Source: SAR202 cluster bacterium
GTDB taxonomy: Bacteria; Chloroflexota; Dehalococcoidia; Lucifugimonadales; UBA826
Assembly: GCA_009392815.1 (NCBI GenBank)
Contig: VFFS01000055.1
Coordinates: 66 to 64,065, forward strand
Length of the DNA: 64,000 nt
Direction: 5' to 3'
The notes beneath the pieces were generated by a model, which had not been told where the DNA came from, did not search any database, and was given only the letters and a program-made list of their open reading frames with translations. The position numbers were made by a program, and so were the translations under genes. Positions 29,662 through 39,212 of the stretch are shown here, piece by piece (positions within the stretch are counted from its first letter, which is position 1; the number at the start of each line of letters is the position of its first letter).

Positions 29662-30795
29662 TCAGACAGGAAAAATTTCTCCTCTTTTTGAAATAACTTC
29701 CCTGTTTAATCCAACCCCTAGCCCAGGCCCTTCATGCAATTGGATATGCCCATCTTTAATCACCTCTGGGGGATCTGTAATTTCATATCTCCAGTCTGAC
29801 TCGAACACAGCATGTTCAAGAGCCATCGAACCTTTCACAGCAGCGGTGGCATGAGCCGAAGCAAGTAAGGACACTGGTCCCGATGGGCTATGTAAGGAAA
29901 AACTCCCTCCTACAGAAAGTGCCGAACGACCAATTCTGACACTTTCAGAAACTCCTCCACAATATTTGATATCTGGCATTATTATTTCCACAGAACCATT
30001 GGATAGAAGTCCATCAAAAAATAATTGCCCGTACCCAGTCTCTCCACCCGCGAGTGGAATTGAGACATTATTTACCAGCTCAGATAGTGCTCTGCCATAG
30101 TCATTGGGTGACAATGGCTCCTCAAACCATCCAATAGAAAGCGCTTCCAATTTTTCAGCTATATGACTGGCTGTTTCAGTAGTGAATCTACTATGACAAT
30201 CTATCAATATAGTGATGGACTCTCCAACAGAGCTACGGATAGCATTCACTCTTGCCAGACCTATATCCGCTGCCTTCAATATATCGGTTGGTGCCTCTAA
30301 TGGATTAACTTCATCGAATGGTGCACACTTAATAATAGAAAAGTTTTGTTTTGCAGCATCTTCAGCAGCAACAGCAAAATCTCGAGGAGTTCTATCAGTA
30401 GCAAATAAGCCTCGATTGATATTTGCATACACCGGGATATTCTTAATGCCACTTCCACCTAACATATGGCCTAAAGATATTCCTTTTTCCATGGAAGAGA
30501 GCTGAGTGATAGCGGTTCTAATAGCACTTATAGCAGCTGCTTCCACCGATCTTCCATCTAAAATACGATCATAATTGAGAATGGATTCAATATCAGCTTC
30601 CGTATCGACTAACTTGCCCGACAGATGGGTAAGGATATTTTGAATTAATTTAGCTACCTCTACAGACGAAGCTCCTTTCGTAAACTCAACAACCGTCATC
30701 AGGCCATTTGAATTCACTATTTCAGCAAAATACCATGTCGTCCTCGGAGTAACCTCAACACTCGCAAAACTAACTTTATCAATCTGCATGCTCAT
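29662..30795 (-). CDS. Mandelate racemase/galactonate dehydratase-like enolase superfamily protein
   Basis: IPVYAN, KCAPF, LIDCH, WFEEP, AGGE, MPDIK.CGG, LHSP.GP, GPGLGV. Confidence 0.9.
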   Translation of the reverse strand: MSMQIDKVSFASVEVTPRTTWYFAEIVNSNGLMTVVEFTKGASSVEVAKLIQNILTHLSGKLVDTEADIESILNYDRILDGRSVEAAAISAIRTAITQLSSMEKGISLGHMLGGSGIKNIPVYANINRGLFATDRTPRDFAVAAEDAAKQNFSIIKCAPFDEVNPLEAPTDILKAADIGLARVNAIRSSVGESITILIDCHSRFTTETASHIAEKLEALSIGWFEEPLSPNDYGRALSELVNNVSIPLAGGETGYGQLFFDGLLSNGSVEIIMPDIKYCGGVSESVRIGRSALSVGGSFSLHSPSGPVSLLASAHATAAVKGSMALEHAVFESDWRYEITDPPEVIKDGHIQLHEGPGLGVGLNREVISKRGEIFPV

Positions 30796-30799
30796 ATAT

Positions 30800-31771
30800 T
30801 CAAGAATCCATTCCTTTGAAGTAGTCTGATAAAAATCTCATGCTACGTGAGGTTGAAGCGTGTTTCCCTGGATCAGACACAATCGAAACCAATATTTCGC
30901 TTGCACCAGATTCAAATAAGGAATCCAATCTGTCAGAGGCTTCATGCTCCGTACCATTGATCAAAATGGATTTGATCATCTCATCTGTCCAGCCTGACAT
31001 AGCCGCATCTGTAAATCCAGCTCTCTCAAACATATTGGTATAAAACGGAATATTGGGGAAATACCCCAATCTTGATCGAACTCCTCTCATCCCTTCGCAA
31101 TTATCATCTGATACGCAAAGCGCAGCGTGCAGAACCAAAGGAGGCGTAGGTCTATTTACCGCTTTTGAACTCTCTCGAAGAATGTTTAGTGCTTCACCAG
31201 TAGCATAAGAATGTGGAGTCACCCAAGTTATAGCACCATCAGCAAATTTGCCTGCTATTTCATAAGACTTTGGACCAAGTGCCGAAGAGAGCACAGGTAC
31301 ATCGTCAGCAATCCCAGGAAGTTCTGAACGAGCTGTATAGCAACTACCTTCAAAGTTAACACTACCCTCATGAAGGAGCGTTCTCACAATATGCACATAT
31401 TCCGTGAGATGGGTCAAGGGACGTTTAAATCTCACACCGAAGGTACGTTCAACCGTATTATTTATCCCGCTCCCAACTCCTAATCGGAACCTACCCGGAG
31501 CTATCGAAGAAATAGTGGCAACTTGTTCAGCTGTTGTTACAGGATGACGGGACCATATCCTCATTATGGAGGTTCCCAGTAAAATCTTATCTGTTCTGGC
31601 TGCTGCTGCTACCAGAACAGATAAGGAATCCCCCGCACCTCCACCAGAAGTCAACCAAACTGCCGGAATACCTTCCTCTTCAGCTTCAACAATTGCATCC
31701 ACCACATATTTGGAACTCGGACCAGAAATCGCGACTCCCACGATATTTTTCGAGAGTTTCTTATCACCCAT
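30800..31771 (-). CDS. LLM-class (luciferase-like, likely F420-dependent) oxidoreductase
   Basis: AE..G...VW, AART.KI.LGTSI, RHP, GRFRLGVG, SALGPK..E.AG..ADG. Confidence 0.9.
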   Translation of the reverse strand: MGDKKLSKNIVGVAISGPSSKYVVDAIVEAEEEGIPAVWLTSGGGAGDSLSVLVAAAARTDKILLGTSIMRIWSRHPVTTAEQVATISSIAPGRFRLGVGSGINNTVERTFGVRFKRPLTHLTEYVHIVRTLLHEGSVNFEGSCYTARSELPGIADDVPVLSSALGPKSYEIAGKFADGAITWVTPHSYATGEALNILRESSKAVNRPTPPLVLHAALCVSDDNCEGMRGVRSRLGYFPNIPFYTNMFERAGFTDAAMSGWTDEMIKSILINGTEHEASDRLDSLFESGASEILVSIVSDPGKHASTSRSMRFLSDYFKGMDS

Positions 31772-32013
31772 TTAGGAACCTCATATTTAAATCACAATAT
31801 TTCCAAGTAAAAAGTTCAATACTCGAGGAAACTCTCGAAAAATATTTCCTTCCGGGTCATATTTCCACAATCACTAATCGATAAAGGCTCTATTATCTAA
31901 ATTATTTAATCACAGGTAAAAACCACAATATAGGCAAATTTAGCCCGCCATCATTGGCATATGTAGGGCAAAATGATACACTCATTTGAAATTAGGACTG
32001 TATGGAGCTTTGA

Positions 32014-32898
32014 ATGAACGGCTTGATCGTCCACGACATTCCAGAAGTTAAGCATTCGACAATGGTAGTGGCCTTTGCAGGTTGGCCTGATGCGGCGGAA
32101 GCCGCCACCAGGGCCATCAGGTATTTGGTCAGAAAATTGCCCACACAAAAGATTATGGAAATTGATCCAGAGTCTTATTACGATTTCACCGTTAATAGAC
32201 CGCAGACTAGGATAAACCGTCGAAAAGAAAGAATAATAAAGTGGCCTTGTAATGAATTCTACAGCTACATACCAGAGGACAATCCAGAAAACGCTGTCTT
32301 GTTCTATGTCGGGACCGAGCCTAATCTGAAATGGAAAACTTTCTCCAACACCGTTCTAGAGGTCGCTGATAAAGTGGGAGTCGACTTGGTTGTGTCTCTC
32401 GGGGCTCTACTAGATGCGGTTCCACACACACGTGAAGTCAGAATTACTGGACGCGCGAGTAACAAGGAACTCAGTAAGAAGGCTCAATGGCTTGGAATAA
32501 AAAACTCGGGTTACCAGGGCCCTACAGGGATCCATTCTGCATTTGCAGACGAATGTAATAAACGAGAAATACCCCATGCCAACATATGGGGTCACTGTCC
32601 CCACTACGTGCAAACAACGCCGAACCCCGTAGCAAGCTATGCCCTTCTAGAAAGACTTAAAAGCCTGGTTGATATTGACATTGACATGAGTGAATTAGAG
32701 TTGGCAGGACAAGCCTTTCAGGAAGAAGTCACCAAAGCAATATCTAATCAGCCTGAAGTCAAGTCCTACGTGACCAAACTGGAACATCAATATGATGAAT
32801 CCGCGAGGGAACCGGATGACATGCCCACCGGCACTGATATGGTTCATGAAATTGAAGAATTTTTGCGCAGCCAAAGTAGCGGTCCAGAAAGCTTGTAA
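32014..32898 (+). CDS. PAC2 family (proteasome assembly chaperone-like) protein
   Basis: AF.GW.DA..AA..A..YL, IDPE.YYDF...RP, G.EP...W, LGALL..VPHTR, YQGPTGI, PHY. Confidence 0.9.
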   Translation: MNGLIVHDIPEVKHSTMVVAFAGWPDAAEAATRAIRYLVRKLPTQKIMEIDPESYYDFTVNRPQTRINRRKERIIKWPCNEFYSYIPEDNPENAVLFYVGTEPNLKWKTFSNTVLEVADKVGVDLVVSLGALLDAVPHTREVRITGRASNKELSKKAQWLGIKNSGYQGPTGIHSAFADECNKREIPHANIWGHCPHYVQTTPNPVASYALLERLKSLVDIDIDMSELELAGQAFQEEVTKAISNQPEVKSYVTKLEHQYDESAREPDDMPTGTDMVHEIEEFLRSQSSGPESL

Positions 32899-32971
32899 TC
32901 TCTTTTTGCGGAATTACAAGCTACTGAATGTGCGAACCTTCAATTATTTACGTTCAGGATGCTTATGAGAG

Positions 32972-33319
32972 TTGTCAGTATTGGAAATTAATCCTTCATA
33001 CTATAGAGAGCTCTTCACTCAATGGACTTCAAACCATGCTTCTCTTCCCGAATTTCCTGAAGACCAGAAGGAACGTCTTGTAGCACTCCATTTTGTGATG
33101 ATGGCCTTTGAGGAAGGTGTTGACTACAGTGAAGAAGATTTGAATCAAGGAATTAGAGACAGAAACCTATTCGCAACAGACCACGTTCAGATCAGATTGA
33201 GCTTGATAAACAACGGATTTATTGCGCAATCTAAAAACAGTCAAACTGCTTCATACAGACCTTCACGTTTATTTTTAGATAAAGCCAAATGGGATCCGTC
33301 AATACCAGGGGTATCTTAA
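32972..33319 (+). CDS. DUF2087-like small protein
   Basis: P.....R...L......FE.G..YSE..LN..I......D...IR..L...GF pattern. Confidence 0.65.
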   Translation: MSVLEINPSYYRELFTQWTSNHASLPEFPEDQKERLVALHFVMMAFEEGVDYSEEDLNQGIRDRNLFATDHVQIRLSLINNGFIAQSKNSQTASYRPSRLFLDKAKWDPSIPGVS

Positions 33320-33323
33320 GTAA

Positions 33324-34220
33324 TTGAAACACAATAAATATCCCCTAGAAAAAAAAGTCTCCGTAGGCAACATAGAGTTAAGCTACCGACAATGGAAAAC
33401 AAATGGCCGACCAATTTTACTTCTTCACGGATTAGCCTCCAATGCAAGGATCTGGGATTTAATAGCACCAATTCTAGCCGAACACTACTCAGTTATCGCC
33501 GTTGACCAAAGAGGTCATGGAAAGTCAGATAAACCTAATGGGGGCTATGATTTTTCTACAGTCACTGAGGATGTCCTTGCCTTTATGGATGCCATGAATA
33601 TTTGTAATCCCATAGTCGTCGGGCATTCTTGGGGGGGCAGTGTCGCACTTTGTCTAGCAACGAAATATCCTAAACGTATTTCTGGTCTCTGCTTCGTAGA
33701 TGGAGGCCTTATCGAAATCTCAAGGATACCTGGAAACAGCTTACAAAAAGCCTTAGTTAGTATGGCACCACCCCTATGGGAAGGGGTCACAGCCGCGGCG
33801 GTTACAGAACGGCTCAAAAATCGTGACTGGGGAGAGCAGGATGAGACCTCAAAAACAGCGAACCTACAAGAAATTGTCATGGCCAATTTGCTACAACATA
33901 ATGACGGAACCATAAGTGCCAGACTTTCAAGAAAAAACCATCTGGAAGTAGTAGAGGCTTTTTGGTATCACAAACCATCAGAACTATTCGAACTGATCAA
34001 ATGCCCTACATTGATCCTATCCGCGCGAATGGGGTCGGATAGAACTGGTAGGCAAGTTATAAAAGAGGAACTGGTCCATGAAGCCATCCATAAAATACCT
34101 TTAAATAAGTCCATATGGCTGGAGAACAGCATCCATGATGTCCCAATTCAAAGACCTGAATTAGTCGCATCTATACTGATAAATAATATAAATGAGAAAT
34201 TCTTTGAGGACTGGAATTAA
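33324..34220 (+). CDS. Alpha/beta fold hydrolase
   Basis: LLHG, DQRGHGKSD, GHSWGG nucleophile elbow, C-terminal His (SIHDVP). Confidence 0.92.
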   Translation: MKHNKYPLEKKVSVGNIELSYRQWKTNGRPILLLHGLASNARIWDLIAPILAEHYSVIAVDQRGHGKSDKPNGGYDFSTVTEDVLAFMDAMNICNPIVVGHSWGGSVALCLATKYPKRISGLCFVDGGLIEISRIPGNSLQKALVSMAPPLWEGVTAAAVTERLKNRDWGEQDETSKTANLQEIVMANLLQHNDGTISARLSRKNHLEVVEAFWYHKPSELFELIKCPTLILSARMGSDRTGRQVIKEELVHEAIHKIPLNKSIWLENSIHDVPIQRPELVASILINNINEKFFEDWN

Positions 34221-34483
34221 GAGATGGCTCTAGCCATTGGCTTGCCTAAGAAATAGTACGGCACATTCCAAATTCCTAAAATACCCAAGTCGACTACTGC
34301 CTTATTCGCGTACAACTTTTTAACAATACCTGAAGACCCAGTGCTTGGACCACCATTCACTTTCCCCAGATATAAAACCCTCTGGCCTGTCCCAACATCT
34401 CTTGAGTTGATAACCGTCTCACATCGAGGTTCCAAATCTACCTCTACCGGCAATTTAAGTTGAATGGGCTGATCACGTTTCAT
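34217..34483 (-). CDS. Hypothetical 88-aa SH3-like protein, predicted LexA-regulated
   Basis: ATG with AAGGAAG RBS, consensus promoter with LexA box directly upstream; beta-rich GQRVLY...GIVKK...AVVDLG..G.WNVPY. Confidence 0.7.
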   Translation of the reverse strand: MKRDQPIQLKLPVEVDLEPRCETVINSRDVGTGQRVLYLGKVNGGPSTGSSGIVKKLYANKAVVDLGILGIWNVPYYFLGKPMARAIS

Positions 34484-34525
34484 AATATTACTTCCTTGTG
34501 TATTTAAGGGAAGCCTGTTTAGAAC

Positions 34526-34554
34526 ATTTTAGAACAGAACACTTGTTCTGTCAA
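34526..34554 (-). promoter_or_regulatory. Sigma70 promoter with LexA (SOS) box in its spacer
   Basis: Minus strand TTGACA-N17-TAAAAT; AGAAC-ACTT-GTTCT at 34536..34549, palindrome extends to 34534..34551. Confidence 0.8.
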
Positions 34555-34659
34555 GAATTAGGTGGCGACCATACCTTATCCACTATACCTACTCGAATGC
34601 TACAATTCTGATCGAAGCCACTGGTTAAGAGAATAAGTTCAGGGACCTAAATTAATAAA

Positions 34660-35415
34660 ATGACTAATCGACTTAAAAATAAAGTAGCCGTGATAACTGG
34701 CGCCGCCAAAGGACAAGGAGAGTTTGAAGCTAGACTTTTCGCTGATGAAGGGGCCGCTGTAGTCCTCTGTGACATAGATGTTGAGGCTTGCGGTATCACG
34801 GCCGAAAACATCTCTTCTTCAGGTGGTCAATCCGTCGCTATGACCCTGGATGTCACAAGTGAATCTGACTGGATCAAAGTAATTGAACAGACCGTAGAAA
34901 TTTTTGGGAAGATTGATATCCTTGTGAATAACGCAGGGATATACAGTCGCATCCCTATCGAAAACACGTCAGTTGAGGAATTCGATAGCATCTTAGGGGT
35001 GAATCTGAGGGGAGTTTTTTTAGGAACAAAGCATGCTATTCCCGCCATGAGAGCGTCGGGGGGAGGATCCATCATAAACATATCCTCTACAGCAGGGATA
35101 GTGGGTAACGTAGGAAGCGGTGCATATGGTGCTTCTAAAGGAGGTGTTCGATCTTTTACAAAGTATACCGCGATTCAACATGCCTCTGATGGAATAAGAG
35201 CTAACTCTGTACACCCTGGACCAATCGATACTGACATGATATCCGACAATCTCTCCACCATTGAAGGAAGAAAATCCACTGAATCTCGAATACCAATGGG
35301 TAGAGTAGGCAGTATCGAGGACGTCGCCCTCGGAGTTTTATTCCTAGCTACTGACGAATCCTCCTATATGACTGGATCCGAACTAGTCATAGATGGGGGC
35401 ATGACAGCCCAATAG
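34660..35415 (+). CDS. SDR family oxidoreductase (hydroxysteroid/cyclic alcohol dehydrogenase-like)
   Basis: TGAAKGQG, NNAG, NISS, YGASK, VHPGPIDT, TGSELVIDGG. Confidence 0.93.
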   Translation: MTNRLKNKVAVITGAAKGQGEFEARLFADEGAAVVLCDIDVEACGITAENISSSGGQSVAMTLDVTSESDWIKVIEQTVEIFGKIDILVNNAGIYSRIPIENTSVEEFDSILGVNLRGVFLGTKHAIPAMRASGGGSIINISSTAGIVGNVGSGAYGASKGGVRSFTKYTAIQHASDGIRANSVHPGPIDTDMISDNLSTIEGRKSTESRIPMGRVGSIEDVALGVLFLATDESSYMTGSELVIDGGMTAQ

Positions 35416-35431
35416 GCGAAATATAAAAGTA

Positions 35432-36253
35432 TTGACTAACCAACCCCTTCATTTTTCAGACCACATCGATACTTGGAAATCCTTGATAGGTTGTCATAAA
35501 CCCGCCTTGATAGTCGACTTCGATGGCACACTTTCAGAGCTTAAACCTGATCCTTCAGACGCCGCCATCGATCCTGTATGCCTTACTCTTCTTAGGAAGC
35601 TAGATACATTTTTACCGCTTATTGCCGTTGTTTCTGGGAGATCTGTAACAGACCTAAAAACCAAAATTCAACTTAAATCAGTTGAATTATATGGAAACCA
35701 CGGTGCTGAAAAATTCATTTCCGGAAAATATATATCCCAATCAAATACAGAAGTGGATTTTAGCCATATTAGTGAACTGCTAACTTTTCTAAAATCAGAA
35801 GTATGTCTGCCTGGATTATTTTTTGAGGACAAGACCTTTAGTGCCTCTGTCCATTATCGAATCTCTGAAGATCATGATTTAGTCAGAAAAAAATTGACTG
35901 AGGCCCTAAGATTAGCACCAAATATAGATAATTTAGAAATTTTCTGGGGAAGAGAAATTCTAGAAATACGACCAACCGCTCAATTAAACAAAGGCTATGC
36001 AATACAAGATATATATGAGCGCCACCAACCTAAATCTATGGTATTTGTCGGAGACGATACAACCGATATAGACGGCCTCGCACATTTAACTAAATTAAGA
36101 AACAGTGGACTAATTATGGGGCTTGCCGTAGCTGTTAAATCCAGCTCTGTGAACCAAAACCTACTTCGGATGGCGGACACATACGTCGAAGACATAGATG
36201 GGGTACGTAATCTACTGAATTGGATGCTTAAAAATTGGTCCCCCGACATTTAA
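35432..36253 (+). CDS. otsB: Trehalose-6-phosphate phosphatase (HAD)
   Basis: DFDGTL, VSGR, YGNHG, E.K...SVHYR, GR..LE.RP...NKG, FVGDDTTD. Confidence 0.88.
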   Translation: MTNQPLHFSDHIDTWKSLIGCHKPALIVDFDGTLSELKPDPSDAAIDPVCLTLLRKLDTFLPLIAVVSGRSVTDLKTKIQLKSVELYGNHGAEKFISGKYISQSNTEVDFSHISELLTFLKSEVCLPGLFFEDKTFSASVHYRISEDHDLVRKKLTEALRLAPNIDNLEIFWGREILEIRPTAQLNKGYAIQDIYERHQPKSMVFVGDDTTDIDGLAHLTKLRNSGLIMGLAVAVKSSSVNQNLLRMADTYVEDIDGVRNLLNWMLKNWSPDI

Positions 36254-36402
36254 TCATGGGATAATGACCATTACTTACTTGACATATATTTTTATCATTT
36301 GCTAGCCTGATCTAAATTGGACGATCCTCCTAGTAGTACGACAATAACATTATTTTTTTCAGAGCTACTTCATGCGCTCAAGGTGTGCTGTCGAGTTGAT
36401 TA

Positions 36403-37767
36403 ATGACTAGGAACGAAACATCTCTGGATATCACTGCTATTGTGTTGGCCGCTGGAAACGGTTCCAGGATGAAATCTCAGACGCCTAAACCACTCCATAA
36501 GGTTTGCGGACGAGAAATGCTCAACATGGTTCTCGATTCAGTAGAACTCAGCGGCATAAAGTCTTCAGTCACGATAGTGCCTTGTGATCATCAGCTTTTC
36601 AAACGCTCAGTTGGAGATCGGACAAAATTTGAAATTCAAAACCAACCGAAAGGTACTGGTCATGCCCTACTTCAGGCAAAAAGATTAGCTAATAATTCCT
36701 CTCACATATTGGTTATTAACGGAGACATCCCACTCATAACCTCAGAAACCCTATCCGAACTCGTATATATCCATCAAGAGAAAAAATCCACCGCCACATT
36801 CCTAACCGCCAGAAAAAATAATCCGTCGGGGTCAGGCAGAGTCATTAGGACATCCACTGGGGCCGTGAAAGCAATAGTGGAGGAAGAAGAAGCAGACAGC
36901 GACATAAAAAATATTACTGAAGTAAACTGTGGTGTTTATTGCTTCACATCGCCTTGGGTTTGGTCCGCACTTGATTCACTCAAACCTTCCACAACTAATG
37001 AATTTTATATTACCGATTTAGTAGCTTTGGCAGTGGCACAAAACCACACTGTAGAAACTCTACAAACTCCCCAGGAAAGCGAAGTTATGAACATAAATAA
37101 CAGGCTACAACTGGCTGAAGCAGAGTCTATTCTCCAAAGTCGCATTAGATCTAAATGGATGGAGTCTGGGGTCACCATGATTGACCCTAAATCAACATAT
37201 ATAGATCAGGACGTTTACATAGGTAAAGACACATCTATATTCCCCAACACTCATATTCAAAGTGGATCCAATATAGGACAAAGTTGTCGGATAGGTCCAG
37301 ATACCACGGTCAAATCTTCAAATATTGGACACAAATCCAAAATAACACATTCATTCGTTGAGGACGCTAGTTTAGGGGAAAATGTGTCTGTAGGTCCTTT
37401 TAGTCGCATTAGAGATGGCACCACCCTAGAAAATAATGTGTATGTTGGCAACCATGTCGAAATTAAGAACAGCACATTAGGTGAAGAAACTAAATGTGGT
37501 CATTTCAGTTATATAGGTGACGCGATTATTGGAAGAAATGTTAACGTAGGTGCCGGAACAATAACCTGCAATTATGATGGGATTTCAAAACACTCAACGG
37601 TAATAGGAAACTATGCTTTCATTGGTTCCAACACTATGATCGTGGCTCCAGTTGTTATAGGTGATAACGCAGTAACTGGAACTGGTTCCATAGTAAACAA
37701 AAATGTACCTGAAGGAGCGAAAGCCATAGGGGCGCCCATAAGAATAATAAAAGGAGAGAGGTCTTAA
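36403..37767 (+). CDS. glmU: Bifunctional UDP-GlcNAc pyrophosphorylase / glucosamine-1-P acetyltransferase
   Basis: LAAGNGSRMKS..PK.LH, GTGHA, GD.PLI, EFYITD, hexapeptide domain, H.SYIGD, GAGTITCNYDG. Confidence 0.96.
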   Translation: MTRNETSLDITAIVLAAGNGSRMKSQTPKPLHKVCGREMLNMVLDSVELSGIKSSVTIVPCDHQLFKRSVGDRTKFEIQNQPKGTGHALLQAKRLANNSSHILVINGDIPLITSETLSELVYIHQEKKSTATFLTARKNNPSGSGRVIRTSTGAVKAIVEEEEADSDIKNITEVNCGVYCFTSPWVWSALDSLKPSTTNEFYITDLVALAVAQNHTVETLQTPQESEVMNINNRLQLAEAESILQSRIRSKWMESGVTMIDPKSTYIDQDVYIGKDTSIFPNTHIQSGSNIGQSCRIGPDTTVKSSNIGHKSKITHSFVEDASLGENVSVGPFSRIRDGTTLENNVYVGNHVEIKNSTLGEETKCGHFSYIGDAIIGRNVNVGAGTITCNYDGISKHSTVIGNYAFIGSNTMIVAPVVIGDNAVTGTGSIVNKNVPEGAKAIGAPIRIIKGERS

Positions 37768-37773
37768 CCCGCA

Positions 37774-39057
37774 TTGGATTTGAACATAAATAACGAAAAT
37801 CTGCCCGTCATAATATTCATCATTTCCATTATCTTATACGGAACAATTGGAATTATTCAGTCCGCTTTATCCTCTGTTACAAGAGAAACAGTCTATGTGT
37901 GGAAAAGTGAAGGAAGAAATCGGGCAGAAAATTTAGAATCTCTACTCAGAAGATTTGATCAATGTAAATCAGCATTTGCCATACTAAAAGCTACCACCCT
38001 AGCTTTATCAATTGTTGCGGCGAACCTAGTGCTCAATAAAGCAATCAGTCAAACTGATTGGGGCATAGCCCACGCCCTCATTACTACAGCTGCAACTCTC
38101 TTAGGTCTTGGCATTTTAGAAACTATTGTCAAAACCTGTGTTGGCCCAAGAGGACCATTAGTTGCAACTTGGCTGTCAGGATTTACTGCATTTGTCGGAA
38201 TCCTTTTAAGCCCTATTACCAGGTCCCAGGAACGAATCATAGAGATAGGTTCAGCTTCTACCGAGGAGGAATCAGCCACTGCGAACAATTCGGATGGTAT
38301 ATCCATGCGCCTAGACGATGAAGGTGAACCACTGGAAGAGCATGAAGTTCGGATGATTAGAGGAGTCTTTCAACTTGATAAAACCATCGCGCGAGAAATA
38401 ATGGTACCGCGAGTTGACATGACGTGCGCGGAAGTCTCCACCTCTCTCGACGAAGTAGCAAATATTATGTTATCCAGTGGCCACAGCAAGTTACCTGTCT
38501 ATAAAGATGAATTGGATCACATCGAGGGCATTGCACACTCTATGGACATATTAAGGTTTATGTCTGATCCTTCTAACCTACAAGCTTCTGATCTCACAAG
38601 ATTTCTGAGACCAGTCTTGTATGTGCCAGAATCAAAAACTCTCGAAGATCTTCTAACCGAATTCCAAGAGAAAAGAATGCAGATGGCGGTCGTAGTAGAT
38701 GAATATGGAGGGGTCTCAGGTTTGGCAACGGTAGAGGATCTTGTGGAAGAAATTGTAGGAGAACTACACGATGAGTTCGACCGTGGTGGCCCGAAAATCA
38801 GAAAAATTAGTGATTCAGAGTACTTTATGGATGCGGGGACAGATATTGATGATGTTTCTGAAATAGTTAATGTTTCTTTCGAAGGGGATGGCTTCGACAC
38901 GATAGGAGGATTTGTCCTACATCAACTAGGTAAAATTCCAAGCCCTGGAGACCAAGTCAAGTATCAAAATATACGGATTGAGATCATATCAACTACAGGT
39001 AGACGTGTTAGATCCCTACGGATAAGGAAATCATCACACAAGTCTGATATACAGTGA
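37774..39057 (+). CDS. Hemolysin/CNNM family protein (DUF21, CBS, CorC domains)
   Basis: N-terminal TM segments, AREIMVPRVDM, HSKLPVY, VVVDEYGG.SGL.T.ED.VEEIVGE..DEFD, DTIGG. Confidence 0.92.
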   Translation: MDLNINNENLPVIIFIISIILYGTIGIIQSALSSVTRETVYVWKSEGRNRAENLESLLRRFDQCKSAFAILKATTLALSIVAANLVLNKAISQTDWGIAHALITTAATLLGLGILETIVKTCVGPRGPLVATWLSGFTAFVGILLSPITRSQERIIEIGSASTEEESATANNSDGISMRLDDEGEPLEEHEVRMIRGVFQLDKTIAREIMVPRVDMTCAEVSTSLDEVANIMLSSGHSKLPVYKDELDHIEGIAHSMDILRFMSDPSNLQASDLTRFLRPVLYVPESKTLEDLLTEFQEKRMQMAVVVDEYGGVSGLATVEDLVEEIVGELHDEFDRGGPKIRKISDSEYFMDAGTDIDDVSEIVNVSFEGDGFDTIGGFVLHQLGKIPSPGDQVKYQNIRIEIISTTGRRVRSLRIRKSSHKSDIQ

Positions 39058-39130
39058 CCCAAAGGGTCAATCCTTGCTGATGGATTTAATCCTCTTTACT
39101 GTGTTTGCAGCATGTTTAACGAGTTTACCA

Positions 39131-39184
39131 ACAATAAAAAAAGGAGCCCCGAACCTTTATAGCCAGGGCTCCCTTTTTTATTGT
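39131..39184. terminator. Bidirectional intrinsic terminator between convergent genes
   Basis: acaataaaaaaaggagccc-16 nt-gggctcccttttttattgt, 18/19 inverted repeat with A/T tracts on both sides. Confidence 0.85.
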
Positions 39185-39212
39185 CGATCCAAATTAGATC
39201 TAAATCACATCA

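Noticed and set aside
34575-34585. DnaA-box-like TTATCCACT
   Set aside because: Single imperfect box with no cluster and no dnaA context
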